This document shows, one piece after another, positions 1 through 8,672 of a stretch of 35,183 nucleotides of DNA. This stretch comes from a virus (taxonomy: Duplodnaviria; Caudoviricetes), in the IMG/VR virus record IMGVR_UViG_3300042868_001476, positions 1 to 35,183 of that record; one strand, given 5' to 3'. The position numbers and the translations under genes were made by a program. Each line of letters opens with the position of its first letter. Positions within the stretch are counted from its first letter, which is position 1. The notes below the pieces were generated by a model. The model did not search any database and had not been told where the DNA came from. It was given only the letters and a program-made list of their open reading frames with translations.

Positions 1-1192
1 TGCAAATATTGACTTAAGTAATCCTACATTAGCTTTATTTAATTCTTATGCAAAGGAATTTTTAACTGCTATTGAAGAACAAATTAAAAAGAAAAATGTC
101 AGAGCAAGTGGAACGTTGCAGGACAATATAGAAGTAATAGCAAATGAAGATGGTAGCGGCATAAAGATTTCAATGATTGATTATTATGACTTTGTAAATA
201 AAGGAGTTAAGGGTGTTGATAGTCGTAAAAACGCACCTAATAGTCAATATCAATATAAGACTTATGGAATGCCTAAAAGTGCAAGGAAAGGAATAAAAGA
301 ATATATACAAAGTGGAAAAGCAAGTATAAGTGTAGTTAATCAAAAGAGAACAACAATAGGAGCAGAGAAAAAGAAAATATCGTTAATAGATTTAAAAACA
401 AATACATTAGTTTATTTAATAAAAAAGTATGGTATTAAAACTACTAATTACTTTGATATTGCAATCGAAAACGTAGTTAAAAATTTAAGTGAAGATATAA
501 TGAATTTACTAGGTAAAACAATAATTGTTCAAATAGGACAACCAAAAAAGAAAAAGAAATGAGCATAACAATTAATACCAATCCTGCAAGCGGAAGCACG
601 GCACAAGATGACCTTTGGCACGTTGCAACCAGTACGGCATCAGGTAGCACAGATATGAAATATATCTTTGAAGTGTACGTAGGTGGCAATAGGAAAATAT
701 CAGTTAGGCAATTCCCCGAACCATCAAACGGTAAGGCATATTTTAACGCAGGCGCTACGGTGCGCAATAGCATCACTTTTAATTGGTTTGAGCCAGTTGG
801 TACGGCATACGTTTACGAGCCAAATTTAAGCGGTGAAATGGCGGTACAATACGATATTAGAGTAGGCGAGGAAGTTAGCGGAATAACAACATTTAATCTT
901 GCATCAGGAACTACAACGGCATACAATTACAATGCCCCTTTATTAAAAAGAAGGGTATTAAGTTTGTCTGATAGATTAAATAAATGGTTAAACAATAGAC
1001 CGCTTTACGCAAATACCAAACTAGGTGAAAATTTATATATTCCATTTTATACCAATGCAAACCTCAATTTAAAATGTGCAACCTATGATGGAAGTAATAA
1101 TGTTATAGCATCAGCAACTGGAAGCACTACAACAATAGAGAATGGCTTTGTACAAATGAATATCGGTAGCGCTGCTATTGCAACCGAATTAG
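1..1192. repeat. Diverged terminal duplication, left copy (pairs with 33992..35183)
   Basis: Offset 33,991. Many substitutions across 1-1065; 1066-1192 is identical to 35057-35183. Confidence 0.95.
2..562 (+). CDS. 5'-truncated virion morphogenesis (tail completion-like) protein; divergent allele of 33921..34553
   Basis: The frame is open from base 2 (ANIDLSNPTLALFNSYAKEF...), upstream of the listed TTG at 116. It aligns with 33921..34553 (ASG.L.DN, ANEDGSGIKISMI.YYDFVNKGVKGVD). Confidence 0.6.
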   Translation, partial: ANIDLSNPTLALFNSYAKEFLTAIEEQIKKKNVRASGTLQDNIEVIANEDGSGIKISMIDYYDFVNKGVKGVDSRKNAPNSQYQYKTYGMPKSARKGIKEYIQSGKASISVVNQKRTTIGAEKKKISLIDLKTNTLVYLIKKYGIKTTNYFDIAIENVVKNLSEDIMNLLGKTIIVQIGQPKKKKK

Positions 1193-1707
1193 GAATAACA
1201 ATAAATGATAGTGTAAAGTATTATGAAGTATGGTTTAATAGTTTTGATAAAATAAGGGTTAACGTTGTCTGCAATCCAAAGTATGACCCAATTAATATTC
1301 ACTTTGTAAATGCTTGGGGAATGTGGGATAGTGAAAGATTTGATTTAGTCAGTAGGCTTAATATGTCGGTTGAACGTAAAGCATTTGAGCAAAGAGATTA
1401 TAGGTTTAACGGAACTACGGTTGATTACAAAAGCGCCTCTAATAGGTATTACGAAGGGGCAATTAATTACAGTAACAAATCAAACTTTACTTATAAGCTA
1501 ACTGCCGATGCTTTAACCGATGATGAATATACTTGGATGGCTGACCTTATAGCATCACCACAAATACTGATGGAGATTGACAGTTACTTTTATCCTGTAA
1601 CATTAGTAGAAAATAATTATGAGTTTAGCAAAAATGTATTTAACAAATTAAAGGCTTTAGAGTTAACGTTTAACATGAACCAAACAAGATATTCCCAATT
1701 ACGATGA
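559..1707 (+). CDS. Tail structural protein (distal tail/baseplate-like)
   Basis: 382 aa, beta-rich, with a C-terminal F.N.WG.WD motif. Lies immediately before the hub-like and tape measure genes; ATGA overlaps at both ends. Confidence 0.6.
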   Translation: MSITINTNPASGSTAQDDLWHVATSTASGSTDMKYIFEVYVGGNRKISVRQFPEPSNGKAYFNAGATVRNSITFNWFEPVGTAYVYEPNLSGEMAVQYDIRVGEEVSGITTFNLASGTTTAYNYNAPLLKRRVLSLSDRLNKWLNNRPLYANTKLGENLYIPFYTNANLNLKCATYDGSNNVIASATGSTTTIENGFVQMNIGSAAIATELGITINDSVKYYEVWFNSFDKIRVNVVCNPKYDPINIHFVNAWGMWDSERFDLVSRLNMSVERKAFEQRDYRFNGTTVDYKSASNRYYEGAINYSNKSNFTYKLTADALTDDEYTWMADLIASPQILMEIDSYFYPVTLVENNYEFSKNVFNKLKALELTFNMNQTRYSQLR

Positions 1708-3734
1708 CAAGAATATTAATCGAAGGATTCGACCTAGATATAGATAAAGGATTGAGCAATCAAATTACTTATTCGGTAAGTGATTTAAAAGCAATAGACA
1801 CTAAGACAACATCATTTAGTAAAACAATTATATTGCCAGGAACTGCAAATAATAATAATTTACTAGGTAATATTTTTGAGTTTAATAATGCTAATTATAC
1901 AAACATTGTAGACCCAAATGTAAAGTATAATTACAACGCAAGTAAAACGGCTAATTGTAGTATTCAAGTAAATGGAATGACAGTAATTAAAGGAGTATTT
2001 AAACTACTTGAAATTATTATTGATGGTAAGAATATAGAGTATGAATGTAGTGTTATTGGTGAACTTGGTGGCTTATCGATGAAGATGGGGGCAAAGAAAA
2101 TTGAGGAATTAGATTTTAGCGATTACAACCACGTTTATAGTATTGCAAATATTACTGGAAGTTGGGCGAATGAAAATGCTGGTGCTGGTTATTACTATCC
2201 TCATATTGATTACGGAACTTATTCTACCGATAAAAAGAATTGGAAATATGGCACGTTTAGACCTGCTTTATTTGCAAAAGAATATTTAGAAAAAATTTTT
2301 GATGCAAATGGCTATACGTATGAATGTGATTTATTTAGCACAGATAGATTTAAACGTTTAATCATACCACATAACTTAAAAAAAATAGTAAGTTATCTAA
2401 CAGGTCAAATGGAGTTAGCTGCTAAAATTGCAACCTATACAGGCGCAACCGCTTGGAGATGGAATGCAGTAACATTAGGTGATTTCCTTTCGGGTGATAT
2501 TGATGGCGAAAGCTGGTATTATAACGGGGCAAGTACAATAACTGCCAATTTTAAAATAGCATTATCAGGTCAGGTTATTTCGCAGGACTTTGCAGGGGTT
2601 AAACCTTTTGAATTAAGAAAAAATGGAGTGATTATCGGATTTGTAAATATAACAACAGGAAGCAGCTTACCTTTTACATTTTCAAATAAACAAATAAACG
2701 TTAATAATGTAAGCATTGCAAATGGTGATACATTTACGGTAACTTATCCATCATACAGTATAACATCGTTAAGGCAGATTACAAGTTCATTTAAAGTAAG
2801 CACTAATTCGGTTAGTCCTGTAACAATTAATCTAGGTGATACTATCACAATAAATGATTGCATCCCTAAAAACATTCTTCAAAAAGATTTCTTTGCTTCA
2901 ATACTAAAGCTATTTAATCTTTATGTAGATGAGAATAGGTTTGATGAAAAGCATTTAATAATAAAGCCTTATGTAGATTATTATGATGGTAGTGTAGAGG
3001 ATTGGAGTGATAAGGTAGACAGGGGCAAACCGATAAGGATTAAGCCTATGTCGGAGTTAAACAGTCGTTATTATATGCTAAAATATAAAGATGATAATGA
3101 TTATTATAATGAGTTATATAAAAAAAGATATAACGAAGCATACGGAAGCAGAATGTTTGACAGTGAATATGAATTTTCAAAAGAAACAGAAAATGTAGAA
3201 TTGATTTTTGCACCAACACCATTGGTTGGCTATGCAGGCGAAGAAAAAGTATATAGCACTATATTTAAACAAACAAATGCGCTAGAGGAAACTATTGATT
3301 CAGTTATCAGGATATTAGTAGCAAAGAAAATTACAGGAGTAGCAAGCTATAATATCCTAGATGGTGCAACTGTATTAACAAGCCAAACTGCTTATGGATA
3401 TGCAGGACATTTTAATGACCCTGATGCAGTAGCAAATGATTTAAACTTTGGAGCAACACAAGAATTATTTTTTACATTGGTTAGCGGTGCTTTAAATGTT
3501 AATCAGTTCAATGTTTATTATAGTCCTTATATGGCAGAGATTACAGATAAGGATAGCAGATTATTAACTTGCAATGTAAAGTTATCCGATGTAGATATAT
3601 TTAATTTAAACTTTGCTTCATTTAAATACATTGATGGTGGTTTGTATAGATTAATTAAACTTACTGATTACACACCTGAAGCAAACGATACAACAAAGGC
3701 AGATTTTTTAAGGGTAATAAATAAAGAATATTAA
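1704..3734 (+). CDS. Tail tip/baseplate hub-like protein
   Basis: 676 aa. N-terminus LDID...ITYSVSDL...TSFSKTIILPGT.NNN is typical of Bacteroidota siphophage tail proteins; adjacent to the tape measure gene. Confidence 0.6.
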   Translation: MTRILIEGFDLDIDKGLSNQITYSVSDLKAIDTKTTSFSKTIILPGTANNNNLLGNIFEFNNANYTNIVDPNVKYNYNASKTANCSIQVNGMTVIKGVFKLLEIIIDGKNIEYECSVIGELGGLSMKMGAKKIEELDFSDYNHVYSIANITGSWANENAGAGYYYPHIDYGTYSTDKKNWKYGTFRPALFAKEYLEKIFDANGYTYECDLFSTDRFKRLIIPHNLKKIVSYLTGQMELAAKIATYTGATAWRWNAVTLGDFLSGDIDGESWYYNGASTITANFKIALSGQVISQDFAGVKPFELRKNGVIIGFVNITTGSSLPFTFSNKQINVNNVSIANGDTFTVTYPSYSITSLRQITSSFKVSTNSVSPVTINLGDTITINDCIPKNILQKDFFASILKLFNLYVDENRFDEKHLIIKPYVDYYDGSVEDWSDKVDRGKPIRIKPMSELNSRYYMLKYKDDNDYYNELYKKRYNEAYGSRMFDSEYEFSKETENVELIFAPTPLVGYAGEEKVYSTIFKQTNALEETIDSVIRILVAKKITGVASYNILDGATVLTSQTAYGYAGHFNDPDAVANDLNFGATQELFFTLVSGALNVNQFNVYYSPYMAEITDKDSRLLTCNVKLSDVDIFNLNFASFKYIDGGLYRLIKLTDYTPEANDTTKADFLRVINKEY

Positions 3735-3735
3735 A

Positions 3736-5364
3736 ATGGCACAACAAAATACAGTTCTAGCATTTGAGATAAAAACGGATTCAAAACAAGCAGAAGCATC
3801 GGTAGGGTCTTTTAAAAAACAATTAAGAGAAGCCAATAATGAATTGCTAAATATGGCTTCGCAGTTTGGTGAAACATCAAAGGAAGCTATTAATGCAGCA
3901 AAGAAAGTAGCAGGATTAAAGGATGCCATCGGTGATGCAAAAGCACTAGCAGAAACATTTAACCCTGATAAGAAATTTGTTGCTTTAGGTGGTGCGCTAC
4001 AAGGTGCAGTCGCTGGATTTAGTGCCTTACAAGGTGCTATGGGTTTATTTGGTGCAGAGGGTAAGGATGTGGAGAAGATGATGCTAAAGGTACAAAGTGC
4101 AATGGCTTTGCAGCAAGGGATTAGCGGAATAGCTGGTGCAATGGATAGCTTTAAGTTATTAGGTAATGAGATTAAGGGGAATGTTGTAAAAGCATTTAGC
4201 ACATTAAAAGGAGCAATTATAGCAACTGGTATTGGTTTGCTTGTTGTAGGCATAGGGTTATTAGTAGCAAATTTTGATAGTGTAAAAGCTGCTATTGAAA
4301 GAATGATTGGACCTTTAAAAGTTATTACTGATTTTTTCGGAAAAGTGATTGATGCAGTTACTGATTTTGTAGGTATAACAAATGAAGCTACAAGGGCAAC
4401 CGATAGAATGATTGCAGCAGCAGATAAAAGCATTAATAAAAATAAAAAATTTTTACAAGAACATGGAGATGAAATAGACCAATATACTAAAAGAAAGATT
4501 GATGCAGAAATTAGTTATAATGAAGCAATAAAAGTAAATGGTTCAGACCAAATAGCACTGGCAAAAAAATTAAATAGAGAACTTTTACAAGCTGATGCAG
4601 ATAGAAATAAACAAATATCATTAGATGTAAAAGCGGCACAAGATAAAATAGATAAAGCAAATGAGACAGCAAAAGCAAAACAACAAGCAGCAACAGATAA
4701 ATATTTTCAAGATGCAAGAAAACAAGGGGCGTTAGATTTAGAAATTGCAGCAGCAAAAACAAAACAGGAAGATGACCAAATAAAAAAAGATGAGTTATTA
4801 GCAGCATCAAAAGTTACTATTAGTTCAAATGCTGCAAATGCAGTTAGGATAGCGACTACACAATCTGAAGAACAAATAAATGCTACAAAGAAAAAATATA
4901 ATGATATTGATTTAGCAGATGCAAAAATATTACAAGATGCAAAAGTAAAGGCAACAGTTGATACTTTAAATATTTTAAGCGATGTATTGGGTAAGGAAAG
5001 CGCAGCAGGAAAGGCAATAGCAATTAGTAGCGCTTTAATTAATACTTATTTAGGTATTACTGCTGGATTAAAATTAGGTTTTCCTCTTGCAATCCCTGCC
5101 GTACTTGCTGCATCAGTAACAGGATTTAAAGCAGTTAAAAGTATTATAGCAACTAAAGTGCCTGGAGGTGGTGGAGGGGGTAGCGCACCATCAATGGGCA
5201 GCATGGCAGCACCAATTAAACCACAGGCAGAAACTACAACATTATCAACTGCATCAATTAACCAAATAGGTGTAGCAAGTTCAAGGGCATTTGTATTGGA
5301 AACTGATGTTACAAATAATCAAGAAAGAATACAAAGATTAAATCGGGCGGCAAGGATAAATTAA
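3736..5364 (+). CDS. Tape measure protein
   Basis: 542 aa, Ala/Lys-rich helical sequence with Gly/Ala hydrophobic segments (AIIATGIGLLVVGIGLLVANF). Confidence 0.8.
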   Translation: MAQQNTVLAFEIKTDSKQAEASVGSFKKQLREANNELLNMASQFGETSKEAINAAKKVAGLKDAIGDAKALAETFNPDKKFVALGGALQGAVAGFSALQGAMGLFGAEGKDVEKMMLKVQSAMALQQGISGIAGAMDSFKLLGNEIKGNVVKAFSTLKGAIIATGIGLLVVGIGLLVANFDSVKAAIERMIGPLKVITDFFGKVIDAVTDFVGITNEATRATDRMIAAADKSINKNKKFLQEHGDEIDQYTKRKIDAEISYNEAIKVNGSDQIALAKKLNRELLQADADRNKQISLDVKAAQDKIDKANETAKAKQQAATDKYFQDARKQGALDLEIAAAKTKQEDDQIKKDELLAASKVTISSNAANAVRIATTQSEEQINATKKKYNDIDLADAKILQDAKVKATVDTLNILSDVLGKESAAGKAIAISSALINTYLGITAGLKLGFPLAIPAVLAASVTGFKAVKSIIATKVPGGGGGGSAPSMGSMAAPIKPQAETTTLSTASINQIGVASSRAFVLETDVTNNQERIQRLNRAARIN

Positions 5365-5390
5365 ACAACTAATTTTAAATTATATATTAT
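5365..5390 (+). promoter_or_regulatory. Candidate late promoter ACA-N14-ATATATTA
   Basis: Same spacing as the motifs at 6110 and 33193; directly upstream of ATG 5395. Confidence 0.45.
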
Positions 5391-5394
5391 AAAT

Positions 5395-6120
5395 ATGAAA
5401 TTGCCTATTTACGATTTAATAATTAATCAGGATGAGAATAACGATGCAGAGGTTTCTTTCGTGGCTTTGGTTGACGCACCTGCAATTAAAAAAGAATTTC
5501 TTGCATTTAATGAGGAAGAATTTATAGACCCAAACAAAGGCGAACAAAAGGATGAATTTTTAAGTCGTTGTATTAGCTATGTAGTTAATGAAGGTAAAGA
5601 AACAGAACAAGCAGTAGCGATATGTAATAGCTTATGGGAGCAACACTTTGAAGAAAAACCAATGGCATTTGCTATTCAGTCAGAAAGCGAACATATTATT
5701 ACTGGCCCGTTAATGATTCCGCAACAATTAATTTATAGAAATTCAGAACAGTTTGGTGAGCATTATGTAAAGTTCTCGGTTGATACTATCAAACAAATTG
5801 CAATTAAATTTAGCAAAAAGGGATATCAAAAGAACGTTAACCTTATGCACGAAGCAGATATGCAAGTTGAAGGGGTAACAATGTTCGAAAGTTTTATTAG
5901 TGATTCTAAACGTGGTATAAAGCCGATGGAAGCATTTAAAGACTTACCTGATGGCACTTGGTTTGGTAGCTTCTACGTTGAAAATATGAAGGTTTGGGAA
6001 TTAGTAAAATCAGGTGAAGTAAAGGGATTTAGTGTTGAGGGTATGTTTGATTATGAAGCACCACTATCTGATGACCAAAAACAACTAGCAGAATTAAGAG
6101 AAATTTTAAACAGTTTTTAA
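5395..6120 (+). CDS. Prohead protease (XkdF-like serine protease)
   Basis: VSFVALVDAPAI, N.MHE, GTWF, GEVKGFSVEG motifs; upstream of the scaffold and capsid genes. Contains an inserted P.KGE..DEF.SRC...QAVAIC.S.W module. Confidence 0.8.
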   Translation: MKLPIYDLIINQDENNDAEVSFVALVDAPAIKKEFLAFNEEEFIDPNKGEQKDEFLSRCISYVVNEGKETEQAVAICNSLWEQHFEEKPMAFAIQSESEHIITGPLMIPQQLIYRNSEQFGEHYVKFSVDTIKQIAIKFSKKGYQKNVNLMHEADMQVEGVTMFESFISDSKRGIKPMEAFKDLPDGTWFGSFYVENMKVWELVKSGEVKGFSVEGMFDYEAPLSDDQKQLAELREILNSF

Positions 6121-6135
6121 AAATCAATATAATAG
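6110..6135 (+). promoter_or_regulatory. Candidate late promoter ACA-N14-ATATAATAG
   Basis: ACAGTTTTTAAAAATCAATATAATAG, nearly the same as 33193-33218; ends 4 nt before ATG 6140. Confidence 0.55.
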
Positions 6136-6139
6136 TAAT

Positions 6140-6694
6140 ATGGAAGCAAAAGAAATTTTACAAAAAGTAAAGCAATATTTTAATGAATTAGCTGCTGCCC
6201 CTGAAGTTATGGCTGCACCAATTGCAGAACCTACCGAATACGAATTAAAGGATGGCGGTAAAGTCATGATTGATGTTCTTGAAGTTGGTGGTATTGTAAT
6301 GATTGATGGTAGTGCTGCATTAGCAGGCGAAGCCGAATTAGCAGATGGTACAAAAATGACTATCGGAGATAACGGGGTTATTACTGCAATATCAATGCCT
6401 GAAGAACCAATGGAAGAACCTATCGTTGAAGATATGGGAACAAAGTTTGCAGCATTTGAAACATTGACAAGCGAAAAATTTGCTAACTATGAAATTAAGT
6501 TTTCTGCATACGAACAACGTTTTGCTGATTACGAGGTTAAAATGAAGAAAGCAAATAAAGTAATTGACGAACTTTTGAAATTATCAACTTTACTTGTGGA
6601 AGCACCAGTACAAGCACCTGATAGTTCAGTAAGAACATCAAACACTTTTAAAGATGTAGAAGAAAAAAGAACACTAAATATTTTATTTAACTAA
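6140..6694 (+). CDS. Capsid scaffolding protein
   Basis: Acidic, with ELKDG/ELADGT repeats and a C-terminal coiled coil; lies between protease and capsid genes. Confidence 0.7.
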   Translation: MEAKEILQKVKQYFNELAAAPEVMAAPIAEPTEYELKDGGKVMIDVLEVGGIVMIDGSAALAGEAELADGTKMTIGDNGVITAISMPEEPMEEPIVEDMGTKFAAFETLTSEKFANYEIKFSAYEQRFADYEVKMKKANKVIDELLKLSTLLVEAPVQAPDSSVRTSNTFKDVEEKRTLNILFN

Positions 6695-6708
6695 ACAATT
6701 ATAAAAAA

Positions 6709-7674
6709 ATGGCATTAGCTTTTAGCGGATTATCCGCATACACAAAACAACTTGTTAAACCACTACTTACTAGTGCTGTATTTGACGCAAAAACACAACA
6801 GTTAATTCTTGCAAGTGGTATTGTTATACCAAACGTTAAAAGTTCTGTTGCAATTCCTTTGATGGAAACCGATGCGGTATTTGCTGCACAGTCTTGTTCT
6901 TTTGACGCAAGCGGAACGACTACTTTCTCTCAACGTTCAATTACTGTTGGTAAAATTAAAGTAGAAGAAAAAATTTGCCCGAAAGATTTAGAGGCTTATT
7001 TTACCCAAGAAGCGCTCAAAGCAGGGTCTACATATGAGGACTTTGGTAATGCAGATTTCCAAAAAGCATTCTTAGATAAAAAGAATTTGCGTATTGCTTC
7101 TCAACTTGAAACTGCAATATGGCAGGGAGATGCAACTGGTGCAACTGCAAACACTAATAAATTTGATGGTCTACAAAAATTGATTGCTGCTGGTTCACCA
7201 GTACTTGCAAACGTATCAGGTTACACAGGTGTAACAGGTTCTCCGATTGTAACCGTAAATGCTTCAAACATTATCGCTGCAACTGAAGGTATCTACAAAG
7301 CTATCCCTGTTCAAGTATTGAGCAAAGGTGATGTAAAGATTTTTGTTGGTAACGATTGGTATCGTTTGTTGATTCTTGCTTACAGAGAGAAAAATATGTT
7401 TTCTTATAATCCACAAGATTCACAAGCTGCTTCATTTATCTTGCCTGCAACTAACGTTGAAGTAGTAAGTGTAAATGGTTTGAATGGAACTGGTGATGCT
7501 TATGCAATCAGTCTTTCTAATATGGCTATGGCGGTTGATTTGGTTGACGAGGAAGGGTCATACAAACTTTGGTATAGCGAGGACAACAACGATGTACGTT
7601 ATCGTGTAGAATTTAAAATGGGAGTCAACGTGGCTTTCACTAATGAAGTAACTTCATTCATCGCTGCAATTTAA
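6709..7674 (+). CDS. Major capsid protein
   Basis: 321 aa; ETAIWQGD...FDGLQKL motif typical of HK97-fold capsids; follows the scaffold gene and precedes a hairpin. Confidence 0.85.
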   Translation: MALAFSGLSAYTKQLVKPLLTSAVFDAKTQQLILASGIVIPNVKSSVAIPLMETDAVFAAQSCSFDASGTTTFSQRSITVGKIKVEEKICPKDLEAYFTQEALKAGSTYEDFGNADFQKAFLDKKNLRIASQLETAIWQGDATGATANTNKFDGLQKLIAAGSPVLANVSGYTGVTGSPIVTVNASNIIAATEGIYKAIPVQVLSKGDVKIFVGNDWYRLLILAYREKNMFSYNPQDSQAASFILPATNVEVVSVNGLNGTGDAYAISLSNMAMAVDLVDEEGSYKLWYSEDNNDVRYRVEFKMGVNVAFTNEVTSFIAAI

Positions 7675-7683
7675 TTTTCTAAC

Positions 7684-7714
7684 ATAGGGAGGTGGTTCGC
7701 TATCTCCCTATTTA
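7684..7714 (+). terminator. Stem-loop after capsid gene (weak terminator or mRNA stabiliser)
   Basis: ATAGGGAGGTGG-TTCG-CTATCTCCCTAT with G-U pairs and a short T tract. Confidence 0.65.
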
Positions 7715-7727
7715 ATATTTATATTTT

Positions 7728-8249
7728 ATGGCTTCTTGTGCAATCGTAAGCGGATATACAATAGACTGTCGGGAATCAGTTGGGGGAGTTGACGCAGTAT
7801 TTTTCGCAGAATTTGGAAACGTAACAATACTTGACGCTAGTGGTATTGTTACAGGAATTACAAAAGCAGCAGGTAAAAAATTCTTTAAGTTTGAAATACC
7901 TACTAAATCAAGTGCAGTTGCTGCAAGCAATCCTACTGGTTCTATTGAGAATGGTACTTTGTTTTTTGAACAAACTTTAGATTTCCCTATTAATAAAAGA
8001 GATGCTACTACAAGGAATATCATAACTACTTTATCAAAGAATAAAGTTGTTGCGGTTACACTTGATAAAGATGGCACTTACAGAATGTATGGTAAACAAT
8101 TCGGAATGTATTTAGCTGCAAGCACAGGAACAAGTGGTGCTGCTGCTGCTGATGCACAGGGTTATATGCTGAAGTTCGAAGCAAGTGAAAGGGAAGATTT
8201 CTTTGAAGTTACAAACGCACTAGGTTTGCTTTTGACTACTGCTGGATAA
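7728..8249 (+). CDS. Major tail (tube) protein
   Basis: 173 aa; C.I.SG..IDC.ES.GG, ENGT.FFEQTL motifs; flanked by two hairpins. Confidence 0.65.
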   Translation: MASCAIVSGYTIDCRESVGGVDAVFFAEFGNVTILDASGIVTGITKAAGKKFFKFEIPTKSSAVAASNPTGSIENGTLFFEQTLDFPINKRDATTRNIITTLSKNKVVAVTLDKDGTYRMYGKQFGMYLAASTGTSGAAAADAQGYMLKFEASEREDFFEVTNALGLLLTTAG

Positions 8250-8271
8250 CAATTCTTAATATTTAATTTAT

Positions 8272-8300
8272 GCCCCGACCGATGAAAGTCGGGGTTTTTT
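8272..8300 (+). terminator. Rho-independent terminator
   Basis: GCCCCGAC-cgatgaaa-GTCGGGGT followed by TTTTT. Confidence 0.85.
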
Positions 8301-8303
8301 AAT

Positions 8304-8672
8304 ATGATAAATTTAACAAAAGGACTTACCGAAACAATTTATTTCACAGGTACAGAAAAGGCTACTATTGCAAACCCTTTCTTTTTATTTGTGTTTATCC
8401 ACAGGGTTACACTTGATGTTGTCAAGTTAATGGCAACAAATCAAAGTATTACTGGTAGATACGATAAATTTGCATTTACGGTTAACAACTTTTTTGATTT
8501 AAAGGAGGAGGGATTTTATAGTTATAAAATTTATCAAAAGGTATTGGTTACTGATTTTACAGTAGCAGGAGTAGTGGTTGAGGAAGGGTTTATGTATCTT
8601 AATCCATCAACTGCATTTGAACCAACTAAATACGAAGAACAAAACAATAATTTCGTTACTTATGAATTATAA
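8304..8672 (+). CDS. Virion structural protein (head completion-like, beta-rich)
   Basis: 122 aa, between tail tube and portal genes. Confidence 0.45.
   Translation: MINLTKGLTETIYFTGTEKATIANPFFLFVFIHRVTLDVVKLMATNQSITGRYDKFAFTVNNFFDLKEEGFYSYKIYQKVLVTDFTVAGVVVEEGFMYLNPSTAFEPTKYEEQNNNFVTYEL

Noticed and set aside
8578-8661. N-terminal extensions from upstream starts (8578; likewise 21547, 26823, 30708)
   Set aside because: They overlap upstream genes; downstream ATGs with A-rich context fit better.
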